From positions 15,390,981 through 15,423,976 of the forward strand of contig NC_069002.1 in the NCBI RefSeq assembly GCF_001194135.2: a stretch of 32,996 nt of DNA, in the 5' to 3' direction. Both the position numbers and the translations under genes were made by a program. Every line of letters begins with the position of its first letter. Position 1 is the stretch's first letter. This document shows, one piece after another, positions 10,410 through 20,904 of this stretch. The notes under the pieces are model-generated. The model ran no database searches. It had not been told where the DNA came from and worked only from the letters and a program-made list of their open reading frames with translations. The stretch is from Octopus bimaculoides. Taxonomy: Eukaryota.

Positions 10410-11205
10410 GGAGATGGGCAGAAAGTCAAGAAAGCTCCTGACGATGCATGGAGCTCATCATTCACGTGCAGATACTGATCGCCTATACATGAAGAGAGCA
10501 AATGGAGGAAAGAGGCTGATAAGTGTGGAAGACTGCGTGCATATCGAACTCGAAAGCTTAATGAGATACCTAGCCCAAGTAAGGAAGCCTTGCTAGTGAC
10601 ATTTAGGATAGAAGCGGAGAAAAAAAAAAGGAAAAACAAAGGAAAAAGTACAAAAGGAACATGAAGAAGAATTACGCAGCAAGGGACTACACAATCGATT
10701 CCATGTAGCCACAACAGAAATTGCTGGAAAACATAGGTTAGATTGACTGAAGAAAAGGGACATTCAAAAATGAGACTGACAGCACTATACTGGCAGTGCA
10801 AGACCAAGCTTTGGCCACGAACTGGAGGATCAACCTTAGGAATGATCAAATGCCTCCGATGTGCCTCATCTGTAATAGAGTGGATGAAACCATTGCCTAT
10901 GTCACAAATGTATGTCGTAGACTTGCCCCAAACCACTACAATTTGTGGTAATACGATCAGGTAGCGAAAGTGCTATACTGGAAACTGTGGGAGCTAGAGA
11001 GAGGCAAGACGTGGTATGAGCACAAACTGCAGCGAGTGCCAGAGTCGGAGACTCGCAAAATCCTCCGGGATTTCCCAATACAAACAGATCAGGTGCTACA
11101 GCATAACAGATAGGACCTAGTAATAGTCGACAAGCTGCACCACGTGTGCTATATAGTTGACGTTGCATGCCCCTTTGACCCACGAATAGAAAGAAGGATG
11201 GCAAA
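10410..11205 (+). pseudogene. Dong/R4 LINE fragment, third subfamily
   Basis: LLTMHGAHHSRADTDRLYMKR..GG, AVQDQAL, WYEHK, DFPIQTD, DLVIVDK..IVDVACPFD. Ends where a family-B SINE begins. Confidence 0.82.
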
Positions 11206-11211
11206 AAATTA

Positions 11212-11420
11212 GAGCTGGCAGAAACGTTAGCACGACGGGCGAAATGCTTAGCGGTATTTCGTCTGTCTTTACGTTCTGAGTTCAAATTCCGCTGAGGTCG
11301 ACTTTGCCTTTCATTCTTTCAGGATCGATTAAATAAGTACCAGCTGCGTACTGGAGATCGATCTAATCGACTGGCACCCTCTCCCAAAATTTCGGGCCTT
11401 GTGCCTAAAGTAGAAAAGAT
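11212..11420 (+). mobile_element. tRNA-headed SINE family B, near full length
   Basis: A-box-like gagctggcagaaacg and B-box gagttcaaattcc, body, and A-rich tail. At least 8 related copies in the window. Confidence 0.92.
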
Positions 11421-11621
11421 TATTAGTTAATTGGTTAAATATCCAACTAGCTAATCGATTGTTTGTTTAACTTGGCTAAACAGTAATTCGTTTGTTTTGT
11501 TTTTGTTGCTTTGGGTTTTTTTTTAATTCTTATCAAAGCTCGTTGCTATCTGTAACATTTTCAATGACTTTTCTCTTGATATAACAGATAGATAGATAGA
11601 GAAAATACATATAAATGAACA

Positions 11622-11831
11622 GTCTTTTCTTCTCTAGGCACAAGGCCCGAAATTATGGGGGAGGGGGCCGGTCCATTAGGTCGAATCCAGTACGCAACTG
11701 GTACTTAATTTATTGACCCCGAAATGCAAAGTCGACCTCGGTAGAATTTGAACTCAAGAACGTAAAGACAGACAAAATACTGCTAAGCATTTCGCCCAGC
11801 CTGCTAACATTTCCTGCTAACTCGCCGCCTT
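11622..11831 (-). mobile_element. SINE family B, full length with TSD
   Basis: Reverse complement of 11212-11420. Flanking direct repeat atataaa(t/c)gaaca at 11609-11621 and 11832-11844. Confidence 0.92.
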
Positions 11832-13269
11832 ATATAAACGAACATTAAGTTAACAATGATATTCTTTAAGATTATCCTTGCTTTTGATAGGGTTTTCATG
11901 AGAACTCTTCAAGAAATTTGCATTTAGTCAGCTGTAAAAATTGGTTCATAAACCAATAATTAACACAAGGAAGACTCATTAATCATATTGACTAATGACT
12001 TATATTGCTAATTTGGTTTCTTTTACTTTAGTGTCAATCATCACTAATCTACTACTCATATAGCAGATATTTCACTGAACATTTTGTGTGGGTTTACGTA
12101 GAAAATTTGGGTTAGGTGTTATTTTTATTGTCTTCAAACTGAAAACTGGGTTGATCTAAATACAGATTATTCTCGAAAATCTTTAAGGTTAAATGAAGGT
12201 TGGTCAATATACACACGTGACATTGAATTACAGTCTGTGCATTGAATTACTGTGGTGTGCTGACAACCCTATCATGTGTTGCTCTAAAACTATTATACAC
12301 AATTTAAGCAACTTTAAGAAATTTTATGCACTTTATGACTTCGGTCTAGCTTAATTATTGTTTCATACTGTATACTATTATCTTTGAAAAACAAATTATG
12401 ACCAGATTATATCATGATAATGAAATAGGATTATCATAAAGACAATTAGTTTCAGTAAATGCATTTTGAACGAATTTCCTACATACGTCTTGTTACCATT
12501 TAAGCCAACATAGGACGGTTGCTATTAGAATGTCTCTCAACCATCAGTTCTTATTGCTATCCCCTCCCAGTGGTGTAACTCTTGGATTGAAATCCCTTCC
12601 TTAACCGTAATATGCCTTCGACAGCGGCAAACACTCATGTATAAAGTAGCCGGCCTGTGCAGTCTGTACGTGTGGCACAGCCCAGGCTACGCCAGTGTCA
12701 CTTTCCTATTAGTCAGTTATCCGTCGAGTGCCATATCATCATACAATTAGTTGTAGGAGAGTGCAGTACAGTCTCAGAACGAATACCACAAGATTTCATA
12801 ACAGGAAATGGAAGAAAATTAGTTTTCCAATAAAATTATACTATAGACAGTATAATGATGAGTTTAGCTACATTGCTGGACGTACAGTACACCACCCACC
12901 ATATACGCCAGATAAGCACCCGTGAAGAAAACAGAGACAAACAGTATCATTTAATTAACTATCGTAAAAATAAGGCTATCGTAAACTATCGTAAAAAAAA
13001 AAATATTTGAAGTAATTGGAGAGAAAAGCGTCTGTTGTAATTTTATGGTGGCCTGATAAGATAAAGTCAGATCTGAAAGGATTTGAACTTAGAACGCAAA
13101 GGAACGTAATTAAATTCATAAACCATTTTATTTGTCGCTCTAACGATTCTACCTTTAACACTTTATTTTTCCCAATGCTACAAAGATATGGTTCCATAGA
13201 GGTATGTTGAAGATGTCCTATACAGACAGAGTAACAATTTCTTGTGATTTCTGCTCCACACAAGGAGAA

Positions 13270-13515
13270 AAATTCCGAATAGGATAAAGAAGGAAACTAA
13301 ATTTATTGGATATCATATAAGAAGACTAAAGTTTTAACACTTAGAGACAACTGGTAAAATGAAAGGAAGAATATGCTAGGGATGATTGAAAGAGAAAATA
13401 CTCAATGACATTACCAGTTAACTGCGGAAAGGCCGACCTACTAAACTGTTGTGCAAGGAGACAAAGATAGTTGAAGGTCTATAATCGCTGTCGCCCGTTG
13501 ATATGGCATACAAAG
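13270..13515 (+). pseudogene. Decayed RTE-clade LINE 3' end
   Basis: TKFIGYHIRR...TTGKMKGR.., which fits the RTE C-terminal pattern FLGH..R...GK..G.R.RGR. Confidence 0.5.
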
Positions 13516-13871
13516 AAAAGGAAATAATATAGCTTTAAAAGTTTTAAACATAATTATAGTGGGGAGTAGGCAAAATTAGTAATTTCTGATTTCTCTTTTT
13601 TCTCTCTCTACTTGTTTGGAATCACGACATTGTAAATATGGCATCACCATTTTATACTGTTGCATCATCTTTAGGCGTAAAATTTGGTCAGCATAGTTGT
13701 TGTTGAAGTTAAGAGACTTTGGAACAGAGCCAGGTGACAGGTACTTTCTTTTCAAGAAATTTTTCCTCAACTTTGACCCGATTGTAGTTGAGGTAGCTAA
13801 TAAAATATCTGGATAGTTGTTGGTGTTTAACAGTCAATATTCTTTTCTCTGTTGGATTCCAAGTTAAAATT

Positions 13872-14061
13872 TGGCACAAGGCCGTCAATTTCGAGGGAGA
13901 GCGTCATTCGATTACATCGAACTCAGTATTCAAGTGATATTTATCTTATCAACCCAAAAAGAATGAAAGGCAAATTCGACCTAGGTGGAATTTGAACGTA
14001 AAGACGGATGAAATGCAGTTAAGCAATTTTGTCCGCCGCGGTAACGGTTCCGCCAGTTCGC
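13872..14061 (-). mobile_element. SINE family B
   Basis: ggcacaaggcc...gaaaggcaaattcgacctaggtggaatttgaac...gccagttcgccg. Confidence 0.85.
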
Positions 14062-14284
14062 CGTTTTGCTGATGTGGAAAAGGTGAGGAAAAAAACGACG
14101 GAGGCGTTAGAAGGTGTCATTTCGCAACAGTTCCTGGACTACTTCGAACAGTGGGAAATGTTCCTGGATCGATTCATTACTTCAAATGGAAAAAAAAACT
14201 TTCAAAGCGATAAGAGTGTAACATAAAAATAAGTGAATAAAATAATATTGCAAAATTCCGGTTTCCTTTGGGTATCCCCTCGTA
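14062..14284 (+). mobile_element. mariner transposon 3' end with right TIR
   Basis: RFADVEKVRKKTTEAL...FEQW..LDRFI.SNG matches the mariner C-terminus. Ends ggtatcccctcg plus TA (TACGAGGG-type terminus). Confidence 0.8.
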
Positions 14285-14312
14285 TTTACAAGTACTCGTA
14301 TATTACAAATAT

Positions 14313-15009
14313 GTGAAAGCGCAATGGCTCAGTGGTTAGGGCAACGGACTCGCAGTCATCTGGACTACTTCCTTGAAAATCATAAAGCAATAAGTGACGA
14401 GCAGGGACACCGAGAACATGAAGACTAGGTATGAAGGCAGGAGGAACACCAGCATGATACTCTCTACTGTTGGTCACTGCAAAGAGACTGTCACGGGGCA
14501 ATTTATTCACATAAAGCAACAAAGAGAATGTTCATTCCTTGAGCAGCTGAAACGCCAGTTTGACAGAAATATCTATTCTAAGATGTGTAATTAAGCATTT
14601 TGTGTAATATATCTGTTAAACAGTGGAGGCGCAATGGCCCAGTGTTTAGGGCAGCGTACTCGCGGTCATAAGATCGCGGTTTCGATTCCCAGACCGGACG
14701 TTGTGAGTGTTTATTGAGCGAAAACACCTAAAGCTCCACGAGGCTCCGGCAGGGGATGGTGGCGAACCCTGTTGTACTCTTTCACCACAAATTTCTCTCA
14801 CTCTTACTTCCTGTTTCTGTTGTGCCTGTAATTCAAAGGGTCAGCCTTGTCACACTGTGTCATGCTGAATATCCCCGAGAACTACGCTAATGGTACACGT
14901 GTCTGTGGAGTGCTCAGCCACTCGCCCGTTAATTTCACGAGTAGGCTGTTCCGTTGATCGGATCAACTGGAACCCTCGACATCGTAAGCGACGGAGTGCC
15001 AAAAAAAAA
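14313..15009 (+). mobile_element. Chimeric SINE-C insertion: SINE head + Chapaev3 fragment + full SINE-C, with 11-bp TSD
   Basis: attacaaatat at 14302-14312 and 15010-15020. 14352 to about 15000 is a near-identical copy of 19194 to about 19842. Confidence 0.85.
14623..15009 (+). mobile_element. tRNA-headed SINE family C, about 390 bp
   Basis: A box tggcccagtg, B box gtttcgattcc. Paralogous to 19465-19852. Poly-A tail. Confidence 0.9.
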
Positions 15010-15111
15010 ATTACAAATATATATGAAAACATATGTATGACTTTCATGTTCTTGACTTGAATAGTGAAACACACACGCACAATGCATGTATGTATGTATG
15101 TATGTATGTAT

Positions 15112-15222
15112 GTTGTTATTCAGTTTATTTCAAGATTTCTTGCCAATAGAGAAAGAACCGGTTTCTAACCTAGATCCAAGGCTCCTTCATTGGAATTTCA
15201 ACATCAACAACACGGTATTTTT
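15112..15222 (-). repeat. Short element embedded in (TATG)n with a decayed hammerhead-like motif
   Basis: (TATG)n on both sides. Minus strand reads ccaatga ag g agcct tggatct aggtt a GAAA ccggt. Confidence 0.45.
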
Positions 15223-18200
15223 GTATGTATGTATGTATGTATGTGTAGTTTTGTATGCTATACGTATGTATTCTCATGCATGTACTTACATATCTAGATA
15301 TGCTCATATATATTTAAATGGTAAATTTATGGAAAGTTTTACAGATTTTTACAGTTCCAGTGATGAATTGGATCTATAGTCTTCGAATTACCTTTCTCCT
15401 TTCTGGCTTTGAGAAGTCTAATTTCTCAAGATTGGTATTTAGGCAGTGCATTACATATCCCAAGTGGAAGAGGGCCAGTCGATTATGTCTCATATTGTTT
15501 AATTTTTCTTTTCTATTGAAAAGCTTAGCTCCCTATCCGGCGGGAAATCTTTCTCTCATCTACTTAACTCAATATGAAAAAAGTGATTATATTCTATTTT
15601 CTTGATTCTCTATGACAATTCTGGAATCTGTTTTAATAAGGCTATACTGACGAGAGGTAAAGAAGCGCGAGAAAGGAGTATAATTATTGGGGATTTTCTC
15701 TGCCCACTCACGGCCATTTGTTATATTTCGTACGACTAAACATATATTTTGTTTGTCACGCAAACATTTGTAAATAGAATGTTAAAATTTCTGCGTGAAT
15801 GATTCGACAAAATATTTTTATACTCGCACTTGTTTGTCCCTGCCTACTCATAAATCGTAAAAAAAAACATTCGTTTCATTTTCAATAAAATTTCTATACA
15901 ACTGCGTTTAGCTGTAGGGTAATTAAAAAAATACGCATGTATATATTTACAAAAACGAAATTCACAGTAATTCGCAAGTGTTCTTATATATAGCTTAGTT
16001 GTGTATGTGCATACTCACAATGTCTTCTGTAGGCGTAGATTATTGTAAAACCTGTTGAATTCGATTGTTCTCTTATCTGTCATGTGTCATGGTAATCCTC
16101 TCTCACCGAAGATATTCATGGGTTCGAAACATAGTACTGCTAACTACGAAAATATTCGCAAATAACATACATACAAACATGTATATAATATGTATTATTT
16201 ATATATAAATATATTTATGAATATATATTGGCCTTCTCGCCTAGTCAGTGGAGTGGCGCCATTCGAAAGCTAAAACAAGGCAAAGTGCACTGTGACCAGC
16301 AATAAGAGCCGATAGTGTGGTCGATGTCGGGATATATTCTTACAAATACACACAGAGATAGATACATACATAGATAAATACATACATACGTACATACATA
16401 CACGCACATATATATTATAATGGAGAAAGCTGCTTGTTAATTAAATATATAACAGTTAATAAAAGAAATCAATTATTAAAGGCTTGACCGCCTGGAAATC
16501 TTTTTTTTATAAATTCATGTTCCAAGATTTTTCCTGTAATTTCGATTTCTGAAGTTTATTGAATATTTGAACTACAAGTTTTTCACAACGTATTTTTCTG
16601 CAATGTATGGATAATTTATCCTGATCACGCTATTTATTAGCATTATCACGCATTTGAGATTTAAAAAAAAAATTATTTCTGTCTATTTCAATACATCTCA
16701 ACGCTTCTAAAACAAACTTTGTTTGTTTACTTTCATCGTAAGTTTAATGTTTAATATTAATTCGTTGAAGGCGAAAATTTCCGATTTTATTTGCAGCAGT
16801 CTCTCAATCTCTCACTGGCTTCTATTTTCATTAATGATAATTTAATATATATTCATTTCAGTTTTCTCATTTCAAGTTATAATTCGGTATTTGCAAAACC
16901 TACAATTTATTCTACTTACGTAATTTTAAAAGATCATTTATTAAATGAATGAATGTTATTGGACGAAATAGCTGTACAACTTTGATATGAGGTACGATTT
17001 CAACAATAATGTTTCCGGAGTTTCTTAAATGAATATTTTTGATAAAATGAAAATCTTTTGATATAACAGTATAATTAAAAACAAATACGTATTGATTTTG
17101 TTGGTATGGCTGTCTGGAACTCTATAAGCCTTACTATAATAACTGTGTGATCGCTGCTATGTCTTGCACGCTAAACGTAGTTGGGTTGCCTTGAAGTTTG
17201 TTTAAATTAGAGATATATTACAACTACGATAAATTACTGAAAGAAATATTTATTAAGCGAGTGAGAATTTTTATAAATAGAAGTTTTCAGTAAAGCTTAC
17301 TTTCTGAACTTCCTTTTATTATTGAATATTTCAAGTCACAAACTTAAATATTAGGTACAAGATAGTTTTTAACGAGCTTTTAACTACGTTCTCTATCACT
17401 CTCTCTCTCTCTCTCTCTCTGTGTTTCTCGCACACACACATGACTTATTTCCTTTTCATCGTTATCTAAGAATTATCAAGTAAATTTGTCGCTATGGCTA
17501 TTTGATATGCTATAGTATTCAAATATCTCTATTAGATCGCTGCTATTTTTTATGCAGGCCACCTTTCGGTTGTTGTCTCAGATATGTGAAGATAAAGAGT
17601 TAATTTCTCTAAACAGTTTTAATTGATTTACTTTTGTTTTAAAGTGAAGACACTTGAACCGAACCCTAATCCATATGGTTGGTAAGTGAGCTTCTTACCA
17701 CACAGTCACGACTGCGCACATATTTGATTATTATTCATGACATAGATACAAGGTGTCAGATCTACCTGGATATTTTTTCGATTCGGAAGAATTAGAGAGA
17801 AAATTGACCTCAGCGAGTTTTGAACTCAGAATGTAATGATTCAGACTAAATGATGTCTTTTAGACATTTTATATTTTATTTTCTGCTCATTCTTAAATTG
17901 CTTGTTTCATACCACATCTATTACACTGGAGAACAGGGTCTTTGTTGCAGGATGCTGGAGACATGTTTCTTACTAATTCTGGTGGGCTGATTTCAAAAAT
18001 GAAATCCATTTTGCTCTATCACGTCAAGATTTTTCACAAACTCAGATGTCCATTTTTCAACATTTCTGGTATTGTCACAATTTTTAATGACAGATTTGAT
18101 TTCATGAAATTCGAACCCATGTATGGAGCTTGACATAACTTTAAAAACTTAGTTTTTCAATATCATTTCAAATAAATACAACTACAAAAGTGAAAAAAAA

Positions 18201-18712
18201 AATCATGATTCAAGTATCTTCAGTAAATAAAAAGTATCAAACTTGAGCAACTATCACTATTTTAAACCTAACTAGTTTCAAATGTCACAACGATGACAAA
18301 AATGTGCTTTGTAGAATTAAATGTTAAGAAACAACACATTTTTGTCGTCCTTGACACTATACGTATCTCATATTTGCGGAATTTGTCTGCAGATGTACCC
18401 ACGCTCTTGTTAATTTAGAGTGACTATCATTGCAAATTAGATGAGATATGTTTTGTTGAACTTTTTACTGTTTCTCATGAAAATTGGTATTTTGAATGTG
18501 CCCTTAATGTTTTGATTGTGAGATCCCATGGGTTAAGGTCACTTTTCATCAAGCATGGTCAAAGAATTGTAAAAATAACTTCATGGTATGCTTGTTCTTT
18601 ATGGAACTTTGCCAACACAAATTTGCATTTGTTTACTTTATAGCTGTTGACTATTCTGAAAATGCTTTTCCCAGGTAACAACCGGCTTGAGCATGTTTTG
18701 TCTTTCAGAAAT

Positions 18713-19384
18713 ATAGCCAGTTGCGAGAGAAGAGAATGTAAAAACAGCCACGATGTCTTCTGTTTATTTCTAGATCAGGCAGTGAAATAAAATCACAGAT
18801 TTTGTGAAAAAAGCTGACCTTACTTATTTACTTACCTTAGTATGAAACTGGGGGACAAGACAAAGCTTGGGCACCCCATATAGTGTTCAAAACATGTGTT
18901 GAAACACTGAGACAGTGACTGCTTCAAATATTTAAGCAGAAAGTTTCTAGTTTTGTCTTATAAGAAAATAAAGTTGGTATGTTTGATGGGCTGCATATTT
19001 AGTGGCTATTACAAGACGAGCTATTTTTGGAGACCATGTCTGGCATTAAAAAAGAATCACGGGATGATTTTTCTGCAGTTGTATCAGTTTTCCTGAGAAA
19101 CGGGAAACCATTAAATTATGAAGATCTTGTGCGGACCCTGTTTACCAGTTTTGGAGCACTGGACTGTAACATAAATGTAAATGTGCATTTCCTGCAGTCA
19201 TCTGGACTACTTCCTTGAAAATCATAAAGCAATAAGTCACGAGCAGGGACACCGAGAACATGGAGACTAGGTATGAAGGCAGGTGGAACACCAACATGAT
19301 ACTGTCTACTGCTGGTCACTGCAAAGAGACTGTCACGGGGCAATTTATTCACATAAAGCAACAAAGAGAATGTTCATTCCTTGA
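18713..19384 (+). pseudogene. Chapaev3 transposase remnant
   Basis: N-terminal RRECKNSHDVFC and QDKAWAPHIV.KTCVETLRQ. After an internal deletion: KIKVGMFDG, NYEDLV, VHFLQS, LDYF.EN...EQG, METRYEGRW, YCWSLQRD. Confidence 0.85.
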
Positions 19385-19464
19385 GCAGCTGAAACGCCAG
19401 TTTGACAGAAATATCTATTCTAAGATGTGTAATTAAGCATTTTGTGTAATATATCTGTTAAACA

Positions 19465-19852
19465 TTGGAGGCGCAATGGCCCAGTATTTAGGGCAGCGGA
19501 CTCGCGGTCATAGGATCGAGGTTTCGATTTCAAGACCAGGCGTTGTGAGTGTTTATTGAGCAAAAACACCTAAAGCTCCACGAGGCTCCGGCAGGGGATG
19601 GTGGCGAACCCTGTTGTACTCTTTCACCACAACTTTCTCTCACTCTTACTTCCTGTTTCTGTTGTGCCTGTAATTCAAAGGGTCAGCCTTGTCACACTGT
19701 TTCACGCTGAATATCCCCGAGAACTACGTTAAGGGTACACGTGTCTGTGGAGTGCTCAGCCACTCGCACGTTAATTTCACGAGCAGGCTGTTCCGTTGAT
19801 CGGATCAACTGGAACCCTCGACGTCGTAAGCGACGGTGTGCCAACAACAACA
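19465..19852 (+). mobile_element. SINE family C inserted into Chapaev3, with 12-bp TSD
   Basis: atctgttaaaca at 19453-19464 and 19853-19864. (AAC)n tail. Confidence 0.92.
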
Positions 19853-20198
19853 ATCTGTTAAACAATAAAAAGTACTACTTGGTTTGTGTTAGTTTCTTAT
19901 TTCAGTATGGCATTTAATGGCTAAATTAACATTTTTTTGTTAAAAACAATTAATTCCTTTTTAATAAAAACGGTGACGTGATAGAAAATTTCTGAGACCA
20001 TTTCTGAACCCAGCACCATCAAATTAGAAGGTAGGACTAATTGTAAAAAGCAACACAGCTAAAAAGTTTTTCAAAAATGTTCCCCACTGTTACTTTTTAA
20101 GGTCTAAATTTTAGACCTTATTTTAGACTCTAAAAAAATATATTCGGTTATAGGAACATCTGGAGTGAAATATAATGCGAGGCTCAATTATGTCAGTG

Positions 20199-20704
20199 TA
20201 CTCTTTTACTCTTTTACTTGTTTCAGTCTTTTGACTGTAGCCATGCTGGAGCACCGCCTTTAGTCGAGCAAATCAACCCTAAGACTTATTCTTTGGAAGC
20301 CTAGTACTTATTCTATCGGTCTCTTTTGCCGAACTGCTAAGTTNNNNNNNNNNNNNNNNNNNNNNNNNNNNNNNNNNNNNNNNNNNNNNNNNNNNNNNNN
20401 NNNNNNNNNNNNNNNNNNNNNNNNNNNNNNNNNNNNNNNNNNNNNNNNNNNNNNNNNNNNNNNNNNNNNNNNNNNNNNNNNNNNNNNNNNNNNNNNNNNN
20501 NNNNNNNNNNNNNNNNNNNNNNNNNNNNNNNNNNNNNNNNNNNNNNNNNNNNNNNNNNNNNNNNNNNNNNNNNNNNNNNNNNNNNNNNNNNNNNNNNNNN
20601 NNNNNNNNNNNNNNNNNNNNNNNNNNNNNNNNNNNNNNNNNNNNNNNNNNNNNNNNNNNNNNNNNNNTGGGGGGGGGGGCAAACACAGACACACAAACAC
20701 ATAC

Positions 20705-20737
<33 letters not shown>

Positions 20738-20899
20738 CGACGGGCTTCTTTCAGTTTCCGTCTACCAAATCCACTCACAAGGCTTTGGTCGACCCGAGGC
20801 TATAGCAGAAGACACTCGCCCAAGATGCCACGCAGTGGGACTGAACCCGGAACCATGTGGTTGGTATGCAAGCTACTTACCACACAGCCACTCCTGCGC
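20199..20899 (-). mobile_element. SINE family A spanning an assembly gap
   Basis: 3' part at 20199-20343 and 5' part at 20668-20899 match the 28815 and 31815 copies. Confidence 0.88.
20344..20667. other. Assembly gap (324 N)
   Basis: Run of N. Confidence 1.
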
Positions 20900-20904
20900 C
20901 TGTG

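Larger units (their letters stand above)
17924..20089 (+). mobile_element. Chapaev3-like (CMC superfamily) DNA transposon, internally deleted
   Basis: Left end cactggagaaca, right end tgttccccactg (10/12 inverted match), TTA on both flanks (17921-23, 20090-92). Subterminal inverted tctatcacgtca/tgacgtgataga. Transposase remnants inside. Confidence 0.85.

Noticed and set aside
12728-12925. KISFPIKLYY resembling the Helitron/Pif1 QFPxxLA motif
   Set aside because: The following AMTINKSQG motif is absent and there are no other helicase motifs.
20279-20778. Long ORFs of 131-156 aa
   Set aside because: They read through the N gap.
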